Shown here piece by piece: positions 14,814-22,140 of a stretch of DNA of 37,413 nt (position 1 is the first letter of the stretch; each line of letters begins with the position of its first letter). The notes under the pieces were generated by a model. That model was given only the letters and a program-made list of their open reading frames with translations. It did not search any database and was not told the DNA's origin. The stretch is taken from IMG/VR virus record IMGVR_UViG_3300002460_000014, positions 1 through 37,413 of that record; one strand, given 5' to 3'. Both the position numbers and the translations under genes were made by a program. This DNA is from a virus.

Positions 14814-15326
14814 ATGCCAAAAGGTATATATTCAAACCCAAAAGAAAGAGCAGAGAAAATATCTAAAGCATTAAAAACAGGTAAGTTTTTTAACTGTTTA
14901 ATTTGTTGTAGTAAGTTTTGGAGAAAACAATATGCGATTAAAAAAGGGCAGAATAAGTTTTGTTCAAAAGATTGTTATTTCAAATGGCAAAAGGGAAGGA
15001 ATAAAAGTGAGGCGTTTAGAGTAAAATGTAAGGAAGCAAGATTAAGAAAAGCACACCTATATACGATTGATAAAAAAAATAGATTTTGGAGAAATAGCAA
15101 TGAATATAAAGAGTGGAGAAAAAGTGTGTTTAGGAGAGATAACTGGACTTGTAAAAAATGTGGTGCAAGAAGTAAGAAAAACTGTTATGTAAGAATTGAG
15201 GCACACCATATTAAGCCATTTGCCTTATTCCCAGAATTAAGGTTTGTCATAGATAACGGAGTAACACTTTGCAAACCGTGCCATGATAAAGAGCCGAAAG
15301 GTAAAGAAATCTTATGTATAAAATAG
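14814..15326 (+). CDS. HNH homing-type endonuclease
   Basis: NSNEYKEWRKSVFRRDNWTCKKCG...AHHIKPF...IDNGVTLCKPCH. Paralogous to the 22141 ORF. Confidence 0.85.
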   Translation: MPKGIYSNPKERAEKISKALKTGKFFNCLICCSKFWRKQYAIKKGQNKFCSKDCYFKWQKGRNKSEAFRVKCKEARLRKAHLYTIDKKNRFWRNSNEYKEWRKSVFRRDNWTCKKCGARSKKNCYVRIEAHHIKPFALFPELRFVIDNGVTLCKPCHDKEPKGKEILCIK

Positions 15327-16048
15327 AAGATATACTTAACAAAGTTCATAATGCAGATTGCCTTGAGTTTATGAAGCAAATGCCCGATAAATGTGTGGAT
15401 TTGGTTGTTACGAGTCCGCCCTATAATTTAGGAGATTCGCCCTTAGGCGATAGACGAAGGAAAACACTCGGGACGAAATTATATGAAGATTTTACCGACA
15501 AGTTATCTGACGAAGACTATCTAAACTGGACACTAAGTATTATTGGAGAATGTATCAGGATTTCAAGGTATACTTGTTGGAATATCCAACTTGTGAAGGG
15601 AACTCGTTCATTTTTTCCAAAGATTTTCCAAACATACAACGATAACTTGAAGGACGTATTTATATGGGTAAAACAAGCACAGGCAAGTATGCACGCAGAT
15701 AAGGGTATGATGGCAAAAGGATATGAATATGTGCTTATGTTTGGAGATGATAGTTCACAGATGTTCAAATATAATAACTTTCCCGAAAACGGCTATGTTC
15801 CCAATAGGCAGGAATGGTTCAACAAGGATAATGGATTCGGACATAACGCAACATTCCCGAAAGAATTACCGAGTTATTTTGTAAACTACTTTTCAAAGTC
15901 GAACGATATAATCCTTGACCCATTCCTCGGCTCTGGCACAACCGCAGTCGCCGCTAAAATGCTGGGCAGAAACTATATCGGAATTGAGATTAGTGAAAAG
16001 TATTGTAAAATCGCCAACGATAGATTAAGACAGGAGATTTTATTATGA
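15314..16048 (+). CDS. DNA methyltransferase, beta class (N6-adenine or N4-cytosine)
   Basis: Motif IV DLVVTSPPY comes before motif I ILDPFLGSGTTAVAA. Confidence 0.85.
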   Translation: MYKIEDILNKVHNADCLEFMKQMPDKCVDLVVTSPPYNLGDSPLGDRRRKTLGTKLYEDFTDKLSDEDYLNWTLSIIGECIRISRYTCWNIQLVKGTRSFFPKIFQTYNDNLKDVFIWVKQAQASMHADKGMMAKGYEYVLMFGDDSSQMFKYNNFPENGYVPNRQEWFNKDNGFGHNATFPKELPSYFVNYFSKSNDIILDPFLGSGTTAVAAKMLGRNYIGIEISEKYCKIANDRLRQEILL

Positions 16049-16848
16049 AAACTCTTAGCATAATAATCCCGGAAAAGAATGAAAAATATCTTGATAAAAC
16101 CGTTGCTGATGTTTTGAGTAAAGCTGTCGGAGAGGTTGAAGTGCTTGTTTACCACGATACTAACGAGAGTAATGGTATGAGGGAAGGAATCAATACAAAG
16201 GTTAAGGAGGCTAAAGGAGAGTATATTCTCAAGTTAGACGCTCATTGTATGCTTGATGAGGGTTTTGATATTAAACTTATTGAGGCTCATAAATCTAATT
16301 GGGTTCAGATACCAAGAAGAAAGAGGTTAAACGCGGATAAGTGGGAGTTAATAGAGGATGGCAGGCCGCCGGTAGATTATGAAGCCATTATATTTCAAAA
16401 TTTGTTTGAAAACGCGGGCAGGTTGAAGTCAAAAGGTTTTATATGGGCGAGTCCGTGGGACGACTTAACGAAAGAAAGATCAGATATCTTAGTAGACGAC
16501 ATTCCACATTTTCAAGGTTCTTGCTGGTTTATGACAAAAGAATGGTTTAATGAGTGTGGATTTATGAGTTTAGATTACGGAGGATTCGCACAAGAAGCGG
16601 AAGAAATAACTTTTACTACATTTAGCAAGGGAGGAGAGATTAAGGTTAATAAAAATACTTGGTATGCTCATTTACACAAAGACATGGAAGATCGCAGGTG
16701 GTTCAAGCTCGATAGTGAGGATATGGCAAAAGGATATTCCCATTCTTACAATACTTGGGTAAGAGACAAAGAATTATTTATTAAATTTATAGAGAGGTTT
16801 CCCCTAATGCCCGGATGGCCGGTTAATTGGAGAAAGATATTATATTAA
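16045..16848 (+). CDS. GT-A fold glycosyltransferase (family-2-like, DxH motif)
   Basis: LSIIIPEKNE at the N-terminus and EYILKLDAHCML (DxH). Confidence 0.75.
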   Translation: MKTLSIIIPEKNEKYLDKTVADVLSKAVGEVEVLVYHDTNESNGMREGINTKVKEAKGEYILKLDAHCMLDEGFDIKLIEAHKSNWVQIPRRKRLNADKWELIEDGRPPVDYEAIIFQNLFENAGRLKSKGFIWASPWDDLTKERSDILVDDIPHFQGSCWFMTKEWFNECGFMSLDYGGFAQEAEEITFTTFSKGGEIKVNKNTWYAHLHKDMEDRRWFKLDSEDMAKGYSHSYNTWVRDKELFIKFIERFPLMPGWPVNWRKILY

Positions 16849-16852
16849 AAAT

Positions 16853-17662
16853 ATGAAACAATTAAGTATTTTAGTTCCAGCCCGCAACGAGGAATTCCTC
16901 CAGCAGACCATAGACGATATTTTTTTACACAGTGAGTTAGGAGATAAGTTAGAAATCCTTGTTGGTCTTGACGGATGGCATACAAAGTTAAAAAAACGCC
17001 CTAATTTAAGAGTTTTTGAGTCAACCAATGTCTTGGGTCAGCGCGCTACTCAAAATGCGTTAGCGGGCATATCCGAAGCTAAATATATAATGAAGTTAGA
17101 CGCTCACGTTAGCGTATCTCAAGGTTTTGACAAAGTTATGCTTGAAATTATGGAAGCGAACCCGAACATAGTTTTAGTGCCGGCGCTTGGTAATCTCCAC
17201 GTATATGATTGGTTATGCCCCTTAAAACACAGAACATATCAAGGTAAAGTGGATAAGTGTGGCCAGTGCGATAGTAAAGATTTAACCAAAGAACTGGTTT
17301 GGAAGATTTCCTCAAAACTTTACAGCGATTTTTATTTTGATAAGGACTTAATCTTTCAGTTTGGAGATGTGGATAACTTTGAGATGTTACACGAAACTAA
17401 GGCGATTCAAGGATCGGGGTTTTTAGTTAGTCGTGAAAATTACTGGAAATGGCAACTATGCGACGAGTCGTGGGGAAGCTGGGGTCAGATGGGATTTGAA
17501 ATATACACAAAAACGCTTAAAAATGGCGGAAAGGTGATGGCTACGAGAAAGGCGTTTATGGGTCATTTCTTCAGGAAAGTTGACGAGTTCCCGTATTCTC
17601 GCTCGCAAGAACAGATTGATGGAGCATATAAGAAGTCATTAGAATTAAGTGGGGTTAAATGA
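16853..17662 (+). CDS. GT-A fold glycosyltransferase, paralogue of the upstream gene
   Basis: LSILVPARNE, GQRATQNALAGISEAKYIMKLDAHVS. Confidence 0.75.
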   Translation: MKQLSILVPARNEEFLQQTIDDIFLHSELGDKLEILVGLDGWHTKLKKRPNLRVFESTNVLGQRATQNALAGISEAKYIMKLDAHVSVSQGFDKVMLEIMEANPNIVLVPALGNLHVYDWLCPLKHRTYQGKVDKCGQCDSKDLTKELVWKISSKLYSDFYFDKDLIFQFGDVDNFEMLHETKAIQGSGFLVSRENYWKWQLCDESWGSWGQMGFEIYTKTLKNGGKVMATRKAFMGHFFRKVDEFPYSRSQEQIDGAYKKSLELSGVK

Positions 17663-17838
17663 AAAAACTAAACAACTCTGATTTTTTTTATTACATGGAT
17701 TTATGGGAAAATTACAATAATAAGCAATGTCATCTTTGTGGTGGTTGGGCTATTGATTGTGATTGTGAAAATGAATTTACCAAGGAAGATAAAAAAGGTA
17801 TTAGACTTTTACTGCGAGAGATTGGTGAGGGGCATTGA
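17659..17838 (+). CDS. small Cys-rich protein (59 aa, below the ORF-track cutoff)
   Basis: ATGA-coupled to the glycosyltransferase gene. Contains CHLCGGWAIDCDC. Confidence 0.45.
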   Translation: MKKLNNSDFFYYMDLWENYNNKQCHLCGGWAIDCDCENEFTKEDKKGIRLLLREIGEGH

Positions 17839-17863
17839 CAAATAATTTTATAGGGTGTATAAT
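17835..17863 (+). promoter_or_regulatory. perfect consensus sigma70 promoter TTGACA-N17-TATAAT
   Basis: ttgaca at 17835-17840, a 17-nt spacer, and tataat at 17858-17863. Confidence 0.7.
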
Positions 17864-17869
17864 GGCAAT

Positions 17870-18008
17870 ATGAAAAACTTAAATTATCTAAAAGTCTTAG
17901 ATTTAATCGCACCTCTATTTCTGGGTGTTCAGCCACGAGCTGTAACGGCGATCGATCTGAGCGCCCAAGATAAGCACCCAGAAACAGTGGTGTGATTTTT
18001 GTTTTTTC
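17870..18008 (+). other. short transcription unit: either a leaderless 41-codon ORF (17870-17995) or a ~135-nt structured RNA, ending in a terminator-like hairpin plus T-tract
   Basis: The ATG lies 6 nt after the -10 element. A 10-bp perfect stem 17918-17927/17975-17984 extends by 4 bp (17910-17913/17989-17992). T-tract at 17996-18007. Confidence 0.5.
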
Positions 18009-18029
18009 ATAATTTAATCTTAACAAGCG

Positions 18030-18320
18030 AACAATGGGTTGGTTGTAGGGAAGCGGGAGAAAATTCGGGTCTTTTTGCGGTTTCCGCCGCTGACATTAAA
18101 TACATTTTGTATTGAAAATGAAGCACGGGGATTAACAATCGCTTTTCTGCCCAAAGCAGGGATAGCCGACACATCTCACTTTATGTTTCGGTGCCTGTGG
18201 TTTAGCTTTTGTACTGAATAGTTACAACATTCAAGAATGTCTAAACACAACCGCCAGAGGAATTGCAACCTTGCTTAGCTATTAAGAAAAATAAATTAAG
18301 ACGCACTCTTACTTTTTTAA
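18030..18320 (+). ncRNA. GC-elevated, ORF-free, hairpin-rich segment (unclassified candidate ncRNA)
   Basis: About 50% GC by eye against roughly one-third for the genome. Hairpins at 18052-18091, 18096-18116, 18147-18159 and 18166-18191, plus a three-way junction at 18200-18246. Confidence 0.35.
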
Positions 18321-18382
18321 ATTCCTAACTACTGTTAATTCCACTTAAAAGGAATATAATAAAAGAGAGAAGGTTATTAAAG

Positions 18383-18538
18383 TTGAAAAGAAATAAAGTT
18401 GTGTGTAAAAAGTGTTTAGAAAAGAATCAAGAAATAAGATTTATTGATAATTGGAAGATAGCAACTTGTTATAATTGCGGATATGAAGTTGATGACTTTA
18501 TTGTCTTTTTAAATAAAATAAAAACCAGCGAAAATTGA
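18383..18538 (+). CDS. small zinc-ribbon protein (51 aa, TTG start)
   Basis: CKKC...(17 residues)...CYNC. gagaagg lies about 10 nt upstream of the TTG. Confidence 0.4.
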   Translation: MKRNKVVCKKCLEKNQEIRFIDNWKIATCYNCGYEVDDFIVFLNKIKTSEN

Positions 18539-18563
18539 AAAAATTAAATAATTGTGGTATAAT
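18535..18563 (+). promoter_or_regulatory. promoter TTGAAA-N17-TATAAT with extended -10 (TGG), candidate late-operon promoter
   Basis: ttgaaa at 18535-18540, tgg at 18555-18557, tataat at 18558-18563. Confidence 0.6.
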
Positions 18564-18576
18564 TAAAATAATCAAT

Positions 18577-18771
18577 ATGAAAAAATATATTTGTGATAAG
18601 TGTAAGGAGAAAATAGTGCATATAAACGATGATGGAAGTTTTGAAGTAGTTTGGGCTTCAAGGATTTCAGAAATTAAGGATATAAAGAAGTTTTTGCCAT
18701 TTATTAAAGAATTGGGAAATAAAGCTAAGGAATCGGTTGAGGATGCGTTGCTAAAACATTTAATAAAATAA
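18577..18771 (+). CDS. hypothetical small protein (CDKC motif)
   Basis: I prefer ATG 18577. The ORF-track TTG 18535 coincides with the -35 element. Confidence 0.55.
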   Translation: MKKYICDKCKEKIVHINDDGSFEVVWASRISEIKDIKKFLPFIKELGNKAKESVEDALLKHLIK

Positions 18772-18810
18772 ACTTTTAATAAACTAAAAACAAAATCGGC
18801 AGAAATTTAA

Positions 18811-20646
18811 TTGGAACATAAGTCAATTTGTGAGCTTGTAAGACAAGCTGAAGAAAATCAAAAACACGGGGTAATACGTAAATCTCAATACGTTACTTTT
18901 GAGCCGCAAGCCGATCTTGATAAAATATCAGCTTATGTAGAATCAAAACATATATCCGGCTTAACCGACGACCTTGGAAGAGAAAAGCCATTTTTTAATA
19001 TAGGCATAGCCATTCGTAATCTCTGGTTCAGGGCAACCGAGATTATGAGAAAGAACTTTAGATTAAAAGCCACTAAATCAAGCCACTTCTTGTTGGCTTT
19101 TTTGGCGAATATACACCTAAGAGCGTGGATGCGTAAAAGCGACTTCGGTCAGTTCTTAAACGACTGGGGTTTGGCACTTGCCACTTATAACTCGGCTGTA
19201 TCAAAACACATAGAAAAAGACGGCGAGCTTATCTCAAAGGTTATTCCTTGGAGCAAGATTATCTGCGACTTCGTTGATTTTGAGAATAATCAGAAGATTG
19301 AAAAACTTTACTTTACTCCGGCCCAGTTAAGACAGAACGAAAACTATAACAAAGAACTGGTGGAAGAACTTATCAGAAGCAAGTCAACGAGGAAAACATT
19401 ATCCGGCCAGCAAGTGGACTCAAAAGCCGATTACATAGAAGTTTATGAGGTTCACGGCGAACTGCCTCTAAGCCACTTAACCGACAAAGAAAAAGACGAA
19501 AACGTTTATCAGCAACAGATGCACGTTGTGGCTTTTAATCAAGCGGAAACCGGCAAATACAGTGATTACACTTTATTTTCAGGCAGAGAGAAGCAGGATC
19601 CTTATATGCTTGCGAGTTTGATACCGGATACTGATGGGGGAATATCATTAAGTGGTTCAATAAAACTTACTTTTGAAAATCAGTGGATGGTAAACGACAC
19701 CGCTAAGAAAGTAAAAGATATGCTTGAGTTAGCTTCGCTTATTTTGCTTCAAACTTCAGACAATAACTTTCAAGGCAGGAACGCTTTAGTAAACTTACAG
19801 CAGGGCGATATATTGGTTCACGCTCAAAACCAGCCGCTAACACAGTTAAATAACAAGGCCGATATAAATGCCTTACAAAGTTTCGGTCAGCAGTGGGAAG
19901 TATTGGCTAAGGAGATTACTTCAACGCCGGAATCTTTAAGAGGCGAAACACTGCCAAGTGGAACGCCTTACTCTCTTGGAGCTTATCTTGGCGGTCAAGC
20001 CGGTTCTTTATTCGTTACTATGACCAAAAACAAAGGACTTGCCTTAGAGCGAATGGCAAGAAAGTTTATACTCCCCTACCTTAAAAAGAAAATGGATACC
20101 ACTGAAGAAATTGCCGAAACGCTTGAAAGCCACGAAATCAAACAGATTGACGCGGCATTCGTCCCGAATGAAGCCATAAGAATCGCCAATGAACAGATTA
20201 AAACTGATATTCTTAATGGCAAGCTGACTCAGCAACCTGATTTGGGTGCTATAGAATCGCAGATTCGGGCTAAGTTAGGCAGTTTGGGCAACCAGAGGTT
20301 CATAAGGCCGTCTGACATAATTTCTAAGAAGTGGAGGGATATTTTCAAAGATTTCATTTGGGAGATAGAAGTTGAAGTTACCAACGAAGAAACAGACAAG
20401 CAGGCAACGCTTCAGACGCTTTCAACGATTATGCAGACAGTGGCGGCGAATCCTTTGGTGCTTCAAGACCCGAATATGCGACTGATTTTTAACAGAGTGC
20501 TTGAACTTACTGGCGTAGTTTCGCCAGTTGAAATCAGTCAGACAGAAAGTCAACCTCAATTACAACAGGGACAGCCATTACAGCCAACAGCTCAAACTGG
20601 CGGCAGACAGGTCGAAATGGCTATGAATAATTTACAAACAAGATAA
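18811..20646 (+). CDS. portal protein (size and position based)
   Basis: 611 aa, the largest ORF at the head of the late operon, with a Q-rich C-terminus. The TTG start directly follows an in-frame TAA and there is no SD. Confidence 0.6.
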   Translation: MEHKSICELVRQAEENQKHGVIRKSQYVTFEPQADLDKISAYVESKHISGLTDDLGREKPFFNIGIAIRNLWFRATEIMRKNFRLKATKSSHFLLAFLANIHLRAWMRKSDFGQFLNDWGLALATYNSAVSKHIEKDGELISKVIPWSKIICDFVDFENNQKIEKLYFTPAQLRQNENYNKELVEELIRSKSTRKTLSGQQVDSKADYIEVYEVHGELPLSHLTDKEKDENVYQQQMHVVAFNQAETGKYSDYTLFSGREKQDPYMLASLIPDTDGGISLSGSIKLTFENQWMVNDTAKKVKDMLELASLILLQTSDNNFQGRNALVNLQQGDILVHAQNQPLTQLNNKADINALQSFGQQWEVLAKEITSTPESLRGETLPSGTPYSLGAYLGGQAGSLFVTMTKNKGLALERMARKFILPYLKKKMDTTEEIAETLESHEIKQIDAAFVPNEAIRIANEQIKTDILNGKLTQQPDLGAIESQIRAKLGSLGNQRFIRPSDIISKKWRDIFKDFIWEIEVEVTNEETDKQATLQTLSTIMQTVAANPLVLQDPNMRLIFNRVLELTGVVSPVEISQTESQPQLQQGQPLQPTAQTGGRQVEMAMNNLQTR

Positions 20647-20656
20647 AGTAATTAAA

Positions 20657-20737
20657 ATGCCTAAAATAAAAGGACGAAAGTTCGCATACACAGCAAAAGG
20701 AAAGGCGGCAGCCAAAAAAGCTAAAAAAAGAAAATAA
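20657..20737 (+). CDS. 26-aa highly basic peptide
   Basis: MPKIKGRKFAYTAKGKAAAKKAKKRK. Fits exactly between the portal gene and the next ORF. Confidence 0.35.
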   Translation: MPKIKGRKFAYTAKGKAAAKKAKKRK

Positions 20738-20738
20738 T

Positions 20739-21335
20739 ATGTCAAACGAAGCAATAAGACAAAATCAATTCCTTCAGAACTATCCGATGAAGTATGAGAA
20801 ATCGGAAGTGGAGTTATTAAATGCCACGTTCTCGGACGAGTTCGGCAATAACTTAAAATTAGTCAGGAAGTTTTTATTACAGGGTGAATTAAGCCAAGCG
20901 GAACAGGAAAACTTGAATGCGATAATGAGCGAGAATGTTATCGCTCTCTTTAAGAAGGTGTTTATTCCGGAGATTGATCCGGATATTCCGATACAGTTTC
21001 ACTTAAACGATCCGTGGGTGTCGGTAGAAATCACCGATAGAAACGTAGACCACGTATTTATTGAGCTTGAAACAGTCCAGTTAGCGATAGATTATCTCTC
21101 TCAAAGGTTCAAGTGCCTCATAAACAAGAGCGAAGACGACAGGGATATTAAGTTCAGTGATTTGAAGTTCCACAAAGACAAAGAACCTCACAAAGCGATA
21201 GTTGATTTAGCGGCGAGAAATATGCTGATAGCGAGATTCAATCTTCAGTTTAACCTGTTGAAAGGACTTGCGGGGGATAAAATCGAAACGCAAAAAGAAA
21301 GAGAGGCTCGTCTCTTTAAAAATTCTACAAAATAA
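20739..21335 (+). CDS. hypothetical virion-module protein
   Basis: 198-aa ORF. Confidence 0.65.
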   Translation: MSNEAIRQNQFLQNYPMKYEKSEVELLNATFSDEFGNNLKLVRKFLLQGELSQAEQENLNAIMSENVIALFKKVFIPEIDPDIPIQFHLNDPWVSVEITDRNVDHVFIELETVQLAIDYLSQRFKCLINKSEDDRDIKFSDLKFHKDKEPHKAIVDLAARNMLIARFNLQFNLLKGLAGDKIETQKEREARLFKNSTK

Positions 21336-21340
21336 ATAAT

Positions 21341-21369
21341 TTGTTTTATTTTAAAAAGTGTGCTATAAT
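21341..21369 (+). promoter_or_regulatory. promoter TTGTTT-N17-TATAAT with extended -10 (TGC)
   Basis: ttgttt at 21341-21346, tgc at 21361-21363, tataat at 21364-21369. Confidence 0.55.
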
Positions 21370-21443
21370 TAGATTACTAAATAAAAAACTTGTGGAACTT
21401 GTCCACTCAAAAACAAGTGTTGCGCTACCAAGCGCTCAAAAAT

Positions 21444-22019
21444 ATGGAAAACCAATTCGAGAACCTCGACTCTCAAAATGAGGAAAACGAGAACGCCAAC
21501 TCTTCAAACGGCGAATCAGAGGAGGTAGATGTTGATGCGTTGAAAGAAGAAAACGTTAAACTCAAAAAAACAAACCAAGGACTTTATGAGGAATCTCAAA
21601 AAGCTAAGGGTTTTGTAAGAGGTTCTGATGGCAAATGGGTAAAACCCGCGCCAAAAGAAACTAAAGAGGAATCAACTGAAACTAAATCTGAAACAATGTC
21701 TCTTAAAGACATAAGAGCTTTACAGGACGTTCACGACGAAGATGTGGACGAGCTGATTGAATACGCCAAGTTCAAAGGCGTGTCAGTCGCTGAAGTTAAA
21801 AAGAATCCTGTTATACAAGCTCACTTAAGGACGAAGGAGGAAGAACGCAAAACTGCCGCCGCTACTAACACTGGCGCGGGAGGTAGAGCAACTTCCAAGA
21901 TTACGGGCGACACATTGCTTGAAAGAGCGATAAATGAAAATGTCGTTCCTGAAACTCAAGAGGGAATGGACGCGCTCGTAAAGTCAATGATTGAGAGAAA
22001 AATCAGTAAAAAATCTTAA
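21444..22019 (+). CDS. scaffolding-like protein (acidic, coiled-coil)
   Basis: Acidic N-terminus and K/E-rich helices. Lies between the portal and capsid genes. I prefer ATG 21444 over the TTG 21390 used in the ORF track. Confidence 0.45.
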   Translation: MENQFENLDSQNEENENANSSNGESEEVDVDALKEENVKLKKTNQGLYEESQKAKGFVRGSDGKWVKPAPKETKEESTETKSETMSLKDIRALQDVHDEDVDELIEYAKFKGVSVAEVKKNPVIQAHLRTKEEERKTAAATNTGAGGRATSKITGDTLLERAINENVVPETQEGMDALVKSMIERKISKKS

Positions 22020-22034
22020 TATAGCGGCAGATTT

Positions 22035-22090
22035 ATTAAGTTAAGTTTAGCGGCAGATAGGCTAAACGGCAGGATTACTTAACTTAATAA
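22035..22090 (+). other. 14-bp perfect-stem hairpin after the scaffold gene
   Basis: ttattaagttaagt (22035-22048) pairs with acttaacttaataa (22077-22090). The loop contains agcggcaga-type repeats. Confidence 0.5.
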
Positions 22091-22140
22091 CAGTTCTTTC
22101 AAACCTTTTAATATCAGTCAATTTGTGGTAAGATTGTCTT

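Noticed and set aside
14781-15364. Group I intron carrying the HNH ORF inside the methyltransferase gene
   Set aside because: Only about 33 nt upstream and 38 nt downstream of the HNH ORF lie between the two DCL-encoding points, far too little for a group I catalytic core. The downstream methyltransferase also has its own ATG. A free-standing endonuclease cassette fits better.
17730-18221. ORF-track entries 17730..18026 (-) and 18039..18221 (+, GTG start)
   Set aside because: The first runs antisense through the consensus promoter and the terminator hairpin. The second has no SD and an implausible composition. Both are better explained as chance frames in GC-elevated structured sequence.
17659-18560. 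Direct repeats (tgaaaaaaYtaaaYaaYt) at 17660 and 18536 flanking the non-coding island, as if it were a mobile insertion
   Set aside because: Only about 18 of 26 positions match, in A/T-rich low-complexity sequence. Both copies encode MKKLNN-type N-termini. This is not distinguishable from chance without statistics.
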